Positions 12,651 to 22,758 of a DNA stretch of 64,000 nt are shown in pieces. Both the position numbers and the translations under genes were made by a program. The first letter of the stretch is position 1. The number at the start of each line of letters is the position of its first letter. Origin of the DNA: Escherichia coli (GTDB lineage: Bacteria > Pseudomonadota > Gammaproteobacteria > Enterobacterales > Enterobacteriaceae); NCBI RefSeq assembly GCF_022846255.1, contig NZ_AP025682.1; one strand, given 5' to 3'. The notes beneath the pieces were generated by a model. It saw nothing but the letters and a program-made list of their open reading frames with translations, was not told the origin of the DNA and made no database searches.

Positions 12651-13462
12651 CCGAATCAGTAGCCCGTTTGCGCGGCGAACAGTTAACCCTCGGATATGGC
12701 AAATATACCGTTGCGGAAAATCTGACTGTAGAAATACCTGATGGTCACTTCACGGCAATTATCGGGCCAAATGGCTGCGGTAAATCCACGTTACTGCGTA
12801 CCTTAAGCCGCCTGATGACGCCTGCTCACGGGCATGTCTGGCTGGATGGCGAGCACATTCAACATTACGCCAGTAAAGAGGTTGCACGCCGGATTGGTCT
12901 GTTGGCGCAAAATGCTACCACACCGGGCGATATCACTGTGCAGGAGCTGGTGGCGCGTGGGCGTTACCCGCATCAACCGCTGTTTACCCGCTGGCGCAAA
13001 GAAGATGAAGACGCGGTAACAAAAGCGATGCAGGCCACGGGAATAACTCATCTGGCGGATCAAAGCGTGGACACCCTTTCTGGCGGACAACGCCAGCGAG
13101 CGTGGATCGCGATGGTGCTGGCCCAGGAAACGGCAATTATGCTGCTCGATGAACCCACGACCTGGCTGGATATCAGTCATCAGATTGATTTGCTGGAACT
13201 GTTAAGCGAACTGAACCGCGAGAAAGGCTATACCCTGGCGGCGGTGCTGCACGATCTTAATCAGGCCTGTCGTTACGCCAGCCATTTGATTGCATTGCGG
13301 GAAGGGAAAATTGTTGCTCAGGGAGCACCGAAGGAGATTGTCACTGCTGAACTGATCGAGCGCATTTATGGTCTGCGCTGCATGATTATTGACGATCCGG
13401 TTGCCGGAACGCCGCTCGTGGTGCCGCTCGGACGAACGGCACCTTCAACCGCAAAGATTTAA
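12647..13462 (+). CDS. fepC: Ferric-enterobactin ABC transporter ATPase
   Basis: MTESVARLRGEQLTLGYGKYTVAENLTVEIPDGHFTAIIGPNGCGKSTLLRTL...; Walker A GPNGCGKST, signature LSGGQRQR; the ATG at 12647 overlaps the fepG TGA; the track ORF 12329..13462 is an out-of-context extension. Confidence 0.93.
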   Translation: MTESVARLRGEQLTLGYGKYTVAENLTVEIPDGHFTAIIGPNGCGKSTLLRTLSRLMTPAHGHVWLDGEHIQHYASKEVARRIGLLAQNATTPGDITVQELVARGRYPHQPLFTRWRKEDEDAVTKAMQATGITHLADQSVDTLSGGQRQRAWIAMVLAQETAIMLLDEPTTWLDISHQIDLLELLSELNREKGYTLAAVLHDLNQACRYASHLIALREGKIVAQGAPKEIVTAELIERIYGLRCMIIDDPVAGTPLVVPLGRTAPSTAKI

Positions 13463-14592
13463 ACTAAGTGGTCTGCCATCATGGCATCCTGTTTTCTGGA
13501 TGCCATCGCATGACGCAACAGCACACCACCACAAGCCACCATCCCGCCGATCAACGCGGAAAGGATCACAATAATAGCCTTACCCGGACCATCTTTTTTC
13601 ACTGGCAATGACGGTCTTAACTGATATTTAAACGGCGTAAAATTCACATCGTTGATATTTGCTTTTGTTAACTGCTCAACAAGATACTGGCGATTACGTA
13701 ATTCGCCGTTCAGTTCCGCAACGTCAGTAACCGCTTTTTCAATTTCCAGTTTGCGTTCAATACCGTCTGCGCCGAGAGAAATAGAGAAATCGGGGTCATC
13801 TTTAACGGCCTGACCATTACTGTATACGGGCTTTTTAATTCCTGCCGCGTTGGCAATGTCGAGTGAATAATTGAGGCGCTGAATGTTTGCATCAAGTTGA
13901 TTTTTCATTTTAATGCGGTCCTGAGCCAGTTTTGCTTTTTCAAACTGGGTTTTGATCTCCAGTTTATTACGGACGTTTTCTATCGACTCTTTCACCACCA
14001 ACACAGAGATATAATCGATATACCCGCTCAAAACGGTCTGCGCCTCTTCACTGGTTGGCGCGGTAAAACTTAGCGTCCAGGAGGTATACAGTGACGGTTC
14101 ATCTTTTTTCTTACTGGCATTGTCATCAACCGCTTTCATTTTTTCGCTCAATGCGACAATTGCGCGATGCAAATCCAGTTCGTCGATTTTCGCCTCTTTT
14201 AATTGGTCCATTACATAAGGTGATGAGCGCAGGTACTCTTCTAGTAAGCTAACAGACTGAAACTTCTTGATAAACAGGTTAAATGCACCGCCACGGTCGA
14301 TATTAACATCGAGATCAAGAACGCGGAGTTTGGTAAAGGTTTTCTCCAGGTCCTGCCACTGAATGGCTTCGGCGGGAGTAATGACGGCTGAGCTGGTCCA
14401 TTTTTGCGGCAGGATGAAAGAGATCAGCAAGCCTGCGCAGGCAAACGCAAAAACGACCGCCATGATCGTTTTTTTGGCCCGCCATAAAACTTCAATTAGA
14501 CTAAGTAAATCAATTTCATTATTACTGGGCGACGCCAGAGGATACTCGGGAAAATGAGCTTCACTTCCCTGTTTAATATTCAGTGATGACAT
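13459..14592 (-). CDS. fepE: Polysaccharide co-polymerase (Wzz family) FepE
   Basis: MSSLNIKQGSEAHFPEYPLASPSNNEIDLLSLIEVLWRAKKTIMAVV...; two transmembrane segments flanking a coiled periplasmic domain; start trimmed to give 377 aa. Confidence 0.9.
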   Translation of the reverse strand: MSSLNIKQGSEAHFPEYPLASPSNNEIDLLSLIEVLWRAKKTIMAVVFAFACAGLLISFILPQKWTSSAVITPAEAIQWQDLEKTFTKLRVLDLDVNIDRGGAFNLFIKKFQSVSLLEEYLRSSPYVMDQLKEAKIDELDLHRAIVALSEKMKAVDDNASKKKDEPSLYTSWTLSFTAPTSEEAQTVLSGYIDYISVLVVKESIENVRNKLEIKTQFEKAKLAQDRIKMKNQLDANIQRLNYSLDIANAAGIKKPVYSNGQAVKDDPDFSISLGADGIERKLEIEKAVTDVAELNGELRNRQYLVEQLTKANINDVNFTPFKYQLRPSLPVKKDGPGKAIIVILSALIGGMVACGGVLLRHAMASRKQDAMMADHLV

Positions 14593-14759
14593 GGGGTATA
14601 ACCTGAAAATGAGTCCAATAAGAGTAAATCTCCACGGCCCCCACTCTACCAGTTGGTGAGATTTATCCGAAGCTGAAGTTTGTAAATTACTCCCACTGAA
14701 TGCAACATTCACTCTATTTCAGAGAAATACCCACCAAATTTATAAATTAAACAAATGAT

Positions 14760-14792
14760 AAACCCATAATTATTTTCTGTAATTATGGGTTT
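14760..14792 (-). terminator. Perfect 13-bp inverted repeat with a 7-nt loop just downstream of the entF stop; candidate terminator or attenuator between entF and fepE
   Basis: Direct reading: aaacccataatta-ttttctg-taattatgggttt; on the minus strand it is followed by a T-rich stretch. Confidence 0.4.
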
Positions 14793-14807
14793 ATAGATAA
14801 TATAAAT

Positions 14808-17800
14808 TTACTTATTTAGCGTCGCACGAATAATCGGCCCAATTTTTTCAAACGCCACCGGAGAGATAATATCCACATGCGCACAATCCTGACGATAGAT
14901 ATCCAGCCCAGCAATCCACGGTGCCCAGGCCTGTTCAGGAGTCATACCTTCCTGAAGCGTGCGTTCGGCAACAAATAGCGTCGCTTTACCATCAAACGGT
15001 ACGCTATGAGCTGTCGTCAGCAGGCGCACAGCATCAGCGTAGTTGCCTTCAATGGTGGTAAACAACTCCGTTGAAGTACTTCCCTGCTGTGCCGCCAGGA
15101 AGGCTTCGCGCTCGCGGTTAATCTCCGCCAGCACTTCCGGGTCCAGACCATTGGCTTCTTTTTCCTGCCAGTTTTGCGTTTCTGGCGGCCAGGTATCCAG
15201 CAAGCCAAGAAATGCCACCTGTTCGCCACGGGCACGCAGTCGCGCCGCAATGCCCTGCGCCAGCGTACCGCCCAGCGAATAACCCAGCAGGTAATATGGG
15301 CCGTGCGGTTGTTGTTCAAGTAACGTTGCCAGATGCGCTTCGCAGACTTCATCCAGATTTGCTGACGTCTGCATGGGGCCATGAGGGCGCGGCGACTGAA
15401 TGCCGATAATCGACCATTGTGGATCGAGATAACGCGAGAGCACGCTGAACTGCCAGGCAAAACCGGATGCCGGATGGAAACAAAACAGCGTCGGACCATT
15501 ACCTTCACGCAACGGCAGAATGGTTTCGAATCCCATGCGCTGGGTGCTGTCTTCTTCACCATCAATAATCGTTGCCAGTTTGGCGACAGTTGACGCGACC
15601 ATCACCTGCCCCGGCGTCACCTGACGAGCAAACTGTCGACTTAACTGCGCTGCCAGTTTCATTGCCAGTAGCGAATGACCGCCAAGCGCAAAGAAATCAG
15701 CATCGGCATCCTGCACGTCACAACCCAGCAACGACGAGAATGCCGCGGCGATAATCGTTTCACTGCCCGCTTTCGGCGCACGCCCCGGCGCTTGTGCCTT
15801 CAGTTCAGGCAACGGTAAGGCTTTGCGATCCAGCTTGCCGTTGGCGCTAAGTGGTAACTGTGGAAGTTGCAGCAGAACCACCGGTACCATATGTGGTGGC
15901 AATGTTTCACGAAGCTGCGCCTGTAATGCGCTGGTATCCAACGGCAGACCTGATTGCGACACCAGATAGCCCACCAACTGACGCGCATCACCACCAGTGG
16001 CTGCCGCCTGGTTAATCACACAGGCGTGGGTAACGGCTTGTTCGACATCCGGCAGCGCCTGCATCACGCGATCAATTTCGCCCAGTTCGATACGCTGCCC
16101 GCGAATTTTTAGCTGATCGTCACTGCGCCCGAGGTACTCCACCGCGCCGTTATCCAGCCAGCGGGCCACATCGCCGGTACGGTACATCCGTTCACCTGGG
16201 GCAAAAGGATCGGCAATAAAGCGGCTGGCGGTCAGATCGGGTCGTCCAAGATACCCCTGCGCCAGTTGAATACCGGTGAGATAGAGATCTCCCGCCACAC
16301 CCGGCGGCACCGGATGCATCATCGCATCGAGAATGCGCAGGCCCGTATTCCACACCGGATAACCGATCGGCACACTGCTGCCGCGCACCTCTGCCAGTTC
16401 CTCGCCAAAAGCCGGATACCAACTGACATCTACCGCCGCTTCCGTCGGGCCATATAGATTATGCAACGGCGCGCCGGTTAACTGTTGCCATTCGCGGCAT
16501 AAATCAGCCGGTAAGGCTTCACCACTACAGAAAACCTGTTTCAACGTCGCGCAACTCTGGCGAGCGGTTTGCGGCGTCAGCGATGCAACAAATGCCGCCA
16601 GCATCGACGGCACAAAGTGCGTGGTCGTTACGCCATAATCAGCAAAAAAATGCTGCATAGCGAGCGGGTCGCGGTGCGCTTCCGGTTCAGCCATCACCAG
16701 TTTCGCCCCGGCAATAAACGGCCAGAAAAACTCCCACACCGAGACATCAAAACTGCACGGCGTTTTTTGGGCAACGACATCTTCGCCTGTAAGCGGGTAA
16801 TGGTTTTGCATCCAAAGCAGGCGATTAACGATAGCCGTCTGCCCGACCATTACCCCTTTTGGTCTGCCGGTGGAACCGGAGGTGAAGATGATATAAGCCG
16901 TGTGGTGCGGTTGTGAAAGCTGCAGCGGCGCACTGCCCTGTGGGGTAAGCGGGGCGTTATAGCAAAGGCTGGTTAAATTAGGGATATCGCTAAAGCGCGG
17001 CAGTTGATCGTCAGTGGTGATTAACAGCGACGGACGCGCATCTTCCAGCATCATTTTCAGGCGATCGTCCGGATAGCCGGTATCCAACGGTAGCCAGGCC
17101 GCACCAGCTTCAACTATCGCATGTAGCGCCAGGGTCAAAAAGACCGAGCGCGGTAGAGCCACCGCCACGCTGTCGCCCGGTTTAACGCCGCGCTCACGCA
17201 GCAGATTCGCCAGCGCCACCACCTGCTCGCGCATTTCCCGATAGCTGAACTGGTAACGCGCATCTGCCAGCGCCGGAGCATCCGGTGTTTTTGCCGCTTG
17301 TTCTGCCACCAGCGCGCTCAGCGTGGTTTCTGGAATCTCAACCTGAGTGGCGTTGATCTGCGCCAGCTGCGCATACTCGCCTGGCAGCATAATATCGACA
17401 TCGCCGCACAACAGCGACGGATCCGCGGCGAACTGCGCAATCAGCATTTTCAGGCGTTCAGCGTGTTGAATTAACGTTGGCTCATCGTAACGCTGTTTAT
17501 TGGCGAGGATCTCAATACTCAAATCACCGTGTTCATCCGGGAACAGGGCCAGTTCAAGGTCATTAACCGGACCGGTTGCCAGGGTATGGGTTTGCGCCTG
17601 AACACCAGGAATATCCAGTTGGTAATCAAATACCTTGATATTGAGTACCGGACCGAACAGCGGTTCCTCTCCCGCCGCGCGCCCGCTGTCACGGACAATT
17701 TGTTCGGCATCGTAACGTTGATGGCGACGCATTTTTTTCAGTTGAGCCGCCAGTCGGGTTGCCAGTTCTGGTAGCGTTTCTTGCGCCGCAATGTGAATAC

Positions 17801-18689
17801 CCAACGGCAAAACGTTGAGCACGGGTCCGGTAGCCGTCAGCGCCGCCGAGCCCAGTCGACGCATAAAGATAAATCCGGCAGCGTAGTCCATGCGGTTGCA
17901 CAATCGCCCCAGCCACAAGGCTGCCAACGCAAGTGCTAAATCGGTACGCTGCACACCTGAAAGTTGCGTAGCCAGCTGGCGGAATTCCCCGTTGGTAAAT
18001 TCCAGTTTCAGGCGCAAAATATCTGCCGAAGCGCTGCGCCCCGGTAAAGGTGCCGGAGAAAGTGACGCGGGCGGTGGTAGTTGACGACGCTGTTCCGCCC
18101 AGAATGCCGCATCACGCTGCCAGGCTTCACTTTCGCGGTACTGCTGATACTCTTCCACTACATCAGCGAAAGGCGTAAACGGCGAAGCAGGCGTTGGTTC
18201 GCCACGCAGCAATGCGCAGTAAATGTTGGCGATCTGGCGTGTAATGGCCGGGAAACTGAAGCCATCGACCAGCAAATGGTGATAACGCTGATACCAGTAC
18301 CAGCGGTTATCCGCCACCTGTATCAGTTGATGAAAGACCAGTGGTTTACCACTATCGACGCGCAGATCTTGTTGCAAATCCGCCTGCATTAATGCCCGCG
18401 CAGTACCGTGCGGATCAATGTTGGTTCGCAGGTCGATAATTTCTGGCAGTTCGAACGTCTGCGCATCATCGACCCACTGCCAGACTTCGCCGTTATCTTC
18501 CGTAAAACGCATCCGCAACGTATCTGCTTGCGCTAGTCCGGCAACCACCGCGCGGGCCAGTAGTGGCGCATCAACCTCTCCGGTTAACTCAACGTAATGC
18601 GCCACGCTCCAGGCGGAGGGTAAATCCGACAGTTTTTCTGCCATCCAGATGCCGGGCTGTGCGGCGACCAAAGGTAAATGCTGGCTCAT
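14808..18689 (-). CDS. entF: Enterobactin non-ribosomal peptide synthetase (C-A-PCP-TE, serine-activating)
   Basis: MSQHLPLVAAQPGIWMAEKLSDLPSAWSVAHYVELTGEVD...; condensation, adenylation (SGSTGRPKG), carrier and thioesterase regions; start trimmed to give 1293 aa and overlap the ybdZ stop. Confidence 0.95.
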   Translation of the reverse strand: MSQHLPLVAAQPGIWMAEKLSDLPSAWSVAHYVELTGEVDAPLLARAVVAGLAQADTLRMRFTEDNGEVWQWVDDAQTFELPEIIDLRTNIDPHGTARALMQADLQQDLRVDSGKPLVFHQLIQVADNRWYWYQRYHHLLVDGFSFPAITRQIANIYCALLRGEPTPASPFTPFADVVEEYQQYRESEAWQRDAAFWAEQRRQLPPPASLSPAPLPGRSASADILRLKLEFTNGEFRQLATQLSGVQRTDLALALAALWLGRLCNRMDYAAGFIFMRRLGSAALTATGPVLNVLPLGIHIAAQETLPELATRLAAQLKKMRRHQRYDAEQIVRDSGRAAGEEPLFGPVLNIKVFDYQLDIPGVQAQTHTLATGPVNDLELALFPDEHGDLSIEILANKQRYDEPTLIQHAERLKMLIAQFAADPSLLCGDVDIMLPGEYAQLAQINATQVEIPETTLSALVAEQAAKTPDAPALADARYQFSYREMREQVVALANLLRERGVKPGDSVAVALPRSVFLTLALHAIVEAGAAWLPLDTGYPDDRLKMMLEDARPSLLITTDDQLPRFSDIPNLTSLCYNAPLTPQGSAPLQLSQPHHTAYIIFTSGSTGRPKGVMVGQTAIVNRLLWMQNHYPLTGEDVVAQKTPCSFDVSVWEFFWPFIAGAKLVMAEPEAHRDPLAMQHFFADYGVTTTHFVPSMLAAFVASLTPQTARQSCATLKQVFCSGEALPADLCREWQQLTGAPLHNLYGPTEAAVDVSWYPAFGEELAEVRGSSVPIGYPVWNTGLRILDAMMHPVPPGVAGDLYLTGIQLAQGYLGRPDLTASRFIADPFAPGERMYRTGDVARWLDNGAVEYLGRSDDQLKIRGQRIELGEIDRVMQALPDVEQAVTHACVINQAAATGGDARQLVGYLVSQSGLPLDTSALQAQLRETLPPHMVPVVLLQLPQLPLSANGKLDRKALPLPELKAQAPGRAPKAGSETIIAAAFSSLLGCDVQDADADFFALGGHSLLAMKLAAQLSRQFARQVTPGQVMVASTVAKLATIIDGEEDSTQRMGFETILPLREGNGPTLFCFHPASGFAWQFSVLSRYLDPQWSIIGIQSPRPHGPMQTSANLDEVCEAHLATLLEQQPHGPYYLLGYSLGGTLAQGIAARLRARGEQVAFLGLLDTWPPETQNWQEKEANGLDPEVLAEINREREAFLAAQQGSTSTELFTTIEGNYADAVRLLTTAHSVPFDGKATLFVAERTLQEGMTPEQAWAPWIAGLDIYRQDCAHVDIISPVAFEKIGPIIRATLNK

Positions 18690-18904
18690 TGTGCCTCCTG
18701 CAACTGGGTGAAATTCGCCGGTGTCAGAGTACGCCAGTGGGCTTCCAGCCACTGCAGGCAGGACGCCTGTGACTGCGGCTGACACACAACGTCCCAGCCT
18801 GCCGGTAAGGCGCATTGTTGCGGCCACAGACTGAATTGCCCCTGCGCATTGCGCAAAATGTAAAACGCTCCCTGTGGATCATCGAAGGGATTACTGAATG
18901 CCAT
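18686..18904 (-). CDS. ybdZ: MbtH-like protein
   Basis: 72 aa, MAFSNPFDDPQGAFYILRNAQGQFSLWPQQCALPAGWDVVCQPQSQASCLQWLEAHWRTLTP; MbtH signature; immediately upstream of and overlapping entF. Confidence 0.9.
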   Translation of the reverse strand: MAFSNPFDDPQGAFYILRNAQGQFSLWPQQCALPAGWDVVCQPQSQASCLQWLEAHWRTLTPANFTQLQEAQ

Positions 18905-18906
18905 AT

Positions 18907-20109
18907 TCAACTCCTGTCATGGAAAAGTGGTTGCCAGAGGTCGATTAGCCCCTGCATCAAGCCACCGCGCCAACAAAGCGCATCATGTCCGCCGTCAACC
19001 TGACGCCAGAAAATGGATTCTTTTAGGGGGTGTAATTGCGCATACAGCGCCTGATTGGCCTGCATGATCATCGGCTCGCGAACACCCGCTTCCAGCACAA
19101 TGCGCAGACCTTCGGCGCTAACTTCACCAGTTTTTAGCTGTTCAAGTAACACGCCCTCTTGGTGCCCGCCCCGATGCGGCCACCAGTACGAACCTGACTG
19201 GCTTAATACACAGCCAAAGCGTTCAGGCCAGTGCAGTCCGGCATACAGCGCGGAAAGCCCACCAAAACTCTGTCCGGCAACCACGGTGCGATCGGCGCGA
19301 TCGCTAAAAGGGGCAATAGTTTTCACCAGGGGTAATAACTCTTGCTGTACTGCCAGCCAGAAATCCGCATTACACGGCAGTTCGTGGGCGCGGTGCGCGG
19401 TGTCGATAGCGTCGATCAACACATACACGGCGGGCGGAAGTTGCCGACGATGGGTCAGCGAAGTCAGCGCAGGCCAGACGGGCATACTCTGCGCCCAAAA
19501 TTCGCCATCAAGCAAAACTGCCAGCGGGCGTTCTTCTGCTGTTGCATCGCCGGTGGTAAAAATCCATACACGGCGTGAATTTTTCAACCGTTCACTTTTC
19601 CAGATAATTTCTTTGGCAGGCGTTTCTGGCGCTTGCGGACAATCCCATCCCGGTTGCAGAGACGCTTGCGGCATTTCGAGTGCAGAAACAGCGTGCCCGC
19701 GCCCGCCTTTCCAGCTTTGTGGATTCAGCGGATCGGCTATCGCCTGGGGTAATAGTTTTCGCCAGCCTTCGCGTAATTCGAGGCGATCGGGGGATGGTGC
19801 AGAAAAAATGTCATCGCGTTCAGTAGGAATAAAGCAGTAGCTGCCGCGCCAGTTGGCATTGAGTTGTGTCGTCCACTGCCAAACATCGGTTCCTGCAATT
19901 CGCTGCATCGACCGGGGCTGGCTGTTCTGATGGTGATCGGTCACGCCAGTGATATAGACCCATACGCGCTTTATCGTCGAGTATTCTTCAGAACCCTGGG
20001 GATCACGCCACCAGAAAGTGACCTCAAACATTTCGTCATTCAGACGTTGCCATTCCGGGCCATGTTTCGACTGCCACCAGCTCTCACTTCCTACTTTTAA
20101 CGCCGTCAC
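18907..20109 (-). CDS. fes: Enterochelin (ferric-enterobactin) esterase
   Basis: 400 aa, MTALKVGSESWWQSKHGPEWQRLNDEMFEVTFWWRDPQG...; esterase fold with GQSFGG serine motif; first gene of fes-ybdZ-entF. Confidence 0.92.
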   Translation of the reverse strand: MTALKVGSESWWQSKHGPEWQRLNDEMFEVTFWWRDPQGSEEYSTIKRVWVYITGVTDHHQNSQPRSMQRIAGTDVWQWTTQLNANWRGSYCFIPTERDDIFSAPSPDRLELREGWRKLLPQAIADPLNPQSWKGGRGHAVSALEMPQASLQPGWDCPQAPETPAKEIIWKSERLKNSRRVWIFTTGDATAEERPLAVLLDGEFWAQSMPVWPALTSLTHRRQLPPAVYVLIDAIDTAHRAHELPCNADFWLAVQQELLPLVKTIAPFSDRADRTVVAGQSFGGLSALYAGLHWPERFGCVLSQSGSYWWPHRGGHQEGVLLEQLKTGEVSAEGLRIVLEAGVREPMIMQANQALYAQLHPLKESIFWRQVDGGHDALCWRGGLMQGLIDLWQPLFHDRS

Positions 20110-20160
20110 ACCATAACCCCATGTTTACTGTGCAATTTTTTATTGATTGCAGAAATATAT

Positions 20161-20195
20161 TGATAATATTATTGATAACTATTTGCATTTGCAAT
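20161..20195. promoter_or_regulatory. Overlapping Fur boxes in the divergent fes / fepA promoter region
   Basis: tgataatattattgataactatttgcatttgcaat contains tandem GATAAT-like hexamers characteristic of Fur operators. Confidence 0.7.
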
Positions 20196-20351
20196 AGCGT
20201 AATGGCGCGCCGTGGGAAGCGCGGACATTAATTAATCAGCTGCACTGCGTGTCTTTCAGGATCAAAGGTTTTCGCGGTAGCGGGATGCGTCGTGTTGATG
20301 ACGACCATGCCCGACAGTTGCAATTCGTGGCAAAAATGCAGGAATAAAACA

Positions 20352-22592
20352 ATGAACAAGAAGATTCATTCCCTGGCCTTGTTGGTCAATCTGGGGATTT
20401 ATGGGGTAGCACAGGCACAAGAGCCGACCGATACTCCTGTTTCACATGACGATACTATTGTTGTTACCGCCGCCGAGCAGAACTTGCAGGCGCCCGGCGT
20501 TTCGACCATCACCGCAGATGAAATCCGCAAAAACCCGGTTGCCCGCGATGTATCGGAGATTATCCGTACCATGCCTGGCGTTAACCTGACCGGTAACTCC
20601 ACCAGTGGTCAGCGTGGTAATAACCGACAGATTGATATTCGCGGCATGGGTCCGGAAAACACGCTGATTTTGATTGACGGCAAGCCGGTCAGCAGCCGTA
20701 ACTCTGTGCGTCAGGGCTGGCGTGGCGAGCGCGATACCCGTGGTGATACCTCCTGGGTGCCGCCTGAAATGATTGAACGTATTGAAGTTCTACGTGGTCC
20801 GGCAGCTGCGCGTTATGGCAACGGCGCGGCGGGCGGCGTGGTTAACATCATTACCAAAAAAGGCAGCGGTGAGTGGCACGGCTCCTGGGATGCTTATTTC
20901 AATGCGCCAGAACATAAAGAGGAAGGTGCCACCAAACGCACCAACTTCAGCCTGACCGGTCCGCTGGGCGACGAATTCAGCTTCCGCTTGTATGGCAACC
21001 TCGACAAAACCCAGGCTGACGCGTGGGATATCAACCAGGGCCATCAGTCCGCGCGTGCCGGAACGTATGCCACGACGTTACCAGCCGGGCGCGAAGGGGT
21101 GATCAACAAAGATATTAATGGCGTGGTGCGCTGGGACTTCGCGCCTCTGCAGTCACTCGAACTGGAAGCGGGCTACAGCCGCCAGGGTAACCTGTATGCG
21201 GGTGATACGCAGAACACCAACTCTGACGCTTACACTCGATCGAAATATGGCGATGAAACCAACCGCCTGTATCGCCAGAACTACTCGCTGACCTGGAACG
21301 GTGGCTGGGATAACGGCGTGACCACCAGCAACTGGGTGCAGTACGAACACACCCGTAACTCGCGTATTCCGGAAGGTCTGGCGGGCGGTACCGAAGGGAA
21401 ATTTAACGAAAAAGCGACGCAGGATTTTGTAGATATCGATCTTGATGACGTGATGCTGCACAGCGAAGTTAACCTGCCGATTGATTTCCTCGTAAACCAA
21501 ACGCTGACGCTGGGTACAGAGTGGAATCAGCAACGGATGAAGGACTTAAGTTCCAACACCCAGGCGCTGACCGGAACGAATACCGGCGGTGCTATTGATG
21601 GTGTGAGTGCCACCGACCGTAGCCCGTATTCAAAAGCAGAAATTTTCTCGCTATTTGCCGAAAACAATATGGAGCTGACTGACAGCACCATCGTAACGCC
21701 GGGGCTGCGTTTCGATCATCACAGTATTGTCGGCAATAACTGGAGTCCGGCTCTAAACATATCGCAAGGTTTAGGCGATGACTTCACGCTGAAAATGGGC
21801 ATTGCCCGTGCTTATAAAGCGCCGAGTCTGTACCAGACTAACCCAAACTACATTCTCTACAGTAAAGGTCAGGGCTGCTATGCCAGCGCGGGCGGCTGCT
21901 ATCTGCAAGGTAATGATGACCTGAAAGCGGAAACCAGCATCAACAAGGAGATTGGTCTGGAGTTCAAACGCGACGGCTGGCTGGCGGGCGTGACCTGGTT
22001 CCGTAACGATTATCGCAATAAGATTGAAGCGGGCTATGTGGCTGTAGGGCAAAACGCAGTCGGCACCGATCTCTATCAGTGGGATAACGTACCGAAAGCG
22101 GTGGTTGAAGGTCTGGAAGGATCGTTAAACGTACCGGTTAGCGAAACGGTGATGTGGACCAATAACATCACTTATATGCTGAAGAGTGAAAACAAAACCA
22201 CGGGCGACCGTTTGTCGATCATCCCGGAATATACGTTGAACTCAACGCTGAGCTGGCAGGCACGGGAAGATTTGTCGATGCAAACGACCTTCACCTGGTA
22301 CGGCAAGCAGCAGCCGAAGAAGTACAACTACAAAGGTCAGCCAGCGGTTGGACCGGAAACCAAAGAAATCAGTCCGTACAGCATTGTTGGCCTGAGCGCG
22401 ACCTGGGATGTGACCAAGAATGTCAGTCTGACCGGCGGCGTGGACAACCTGTTCGACAAACGTTTGTGGCGTGCGGGTAATGCCCAGACCACGGGCGATC
22501 TGGCAGGAGCCAACTATATCGCAGGTGCCGGGGCGTATACCTATAACGAGCCGGGACGTACGTGGTATATGAGCATTAATACTCACTTCTGA
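20352..22592 (+). CDS. fepA: TonB-dependent outer-membrane ferric-enterobactin receptor
   Basis: MNKKIHSLALLVNLGIYGVAQAQEPTDTPVSHDDTIVVTAAEQNLQAPGVSTITADEIRK... with TonB box DTIVVTA and C-terminal YMSINTHF; start trimmed 20 codons to give 746 aa. Confidence 0.95.
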   Translation: MNKKIHSLALLVNLGIYGVAQAQEPTDTPVSHDDTIVVTAAEQNLQAPGVSTITADEIRKNPVARDVSEIIRTMPGVNLTGNSTSGQRGNNRQIDIRGMGPENTLILIDGKPVSSRNSVRQGWRGERDTRGDTSWVPPEMIERIEVLRGPAAARYGNGAAGGVVNIITKKGSGEWHGSWDAYFNAPEHKEEGATKRTNFSLTGPLGDEFSFRLYGNLDKTQADAWDINQGHQSARAGTYATTLPAGREGVINKDINGVVRWDFAPLQSLELEAGYSRQGNLYAGDTQNTNSDAYTRSKYGDETNRLYRQNYSLTWNGGWDNGVTTSNWVQYEHTRNSRIPEGLAGGTEGKFNEKATQDFVDIDLDDVMLHSEVNLPIDFLVNQTLTLGTEWNQQRMKDLSSNTQALTGTNTGGAIDGVSATDRSPYSKAEIFSLFAENNMELTDSTIVTPGLRFDHHSIVGNNWSPALNISQGLGDDFTLKMGIARAYKAPSLYQTNPNYILYSKGQGCYASAGGCYLQGNDDLKAETSINKEIGLEFKRDGWLAGVTWFRNDYRNKIEAGYVAVGQNAVGTDLYQWDNVPKAVVEGLEGSLNVPVSETVMWTNNITYMLKSENKTTGDRLSIIPEYTLNSTLSWQAREDLSMQTTFTWYGKQQPKKYNYKGQPAVGPETKEISPYSIVGLSATWDVTKNVSLTGGVDNLFDKRLWRAGNAQTTGDLAGANYIAGAGAYTYNEPGRTWYMSINTHF

Positions 22593-22625
22593 AGCTAACG
22601 TCAGATTGTTGACAAAGTGCGCGTA

Positions 22626-22720
22626 GTTCATGCCGGATGCGGCGTGAACGCCTTATCCGGCCTACAAAAAATCTTGCCAATTCAATATATTGCAGGACCA
22701 CGTAGGCCTGATAAGCGTAG
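22626..22720. repeat. BIME: two inverted REP units
   Basis: gccggatgcggcgtgaacgccttatccggcctaca ... gtaggcctgataagcgtagcgcatcaggca, classic REP palindromes in opposite orientation downstream of fepA. Confidence 0.7.
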
Positions 22721-22758
22721 CGCATCAGGCAGTTTTGCGTTTGTCATCATTCTCTAAT

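Noticed and set aside
14593-14712. N-terminal extensions in the ORF track (fepE +40 codons; also entF +46, fepA +20, fepC +106, sfmF +65, sfmA +11, fimZ +9, ybdG +6, ybdF +40)
   Set aside because: The extended frames lack signal peptides or ribosome-binding context at the extended start, and the shorter starts reproduce the known lengths and N-termini of the corresponding proteins.
19055-19840. 261-aa ORF antisense to fes
   Set aside because: Same reasoning as above: it is embedded in a well-supported gene on the opposite strand, Ser/Arg-rich, with no family resemblance.
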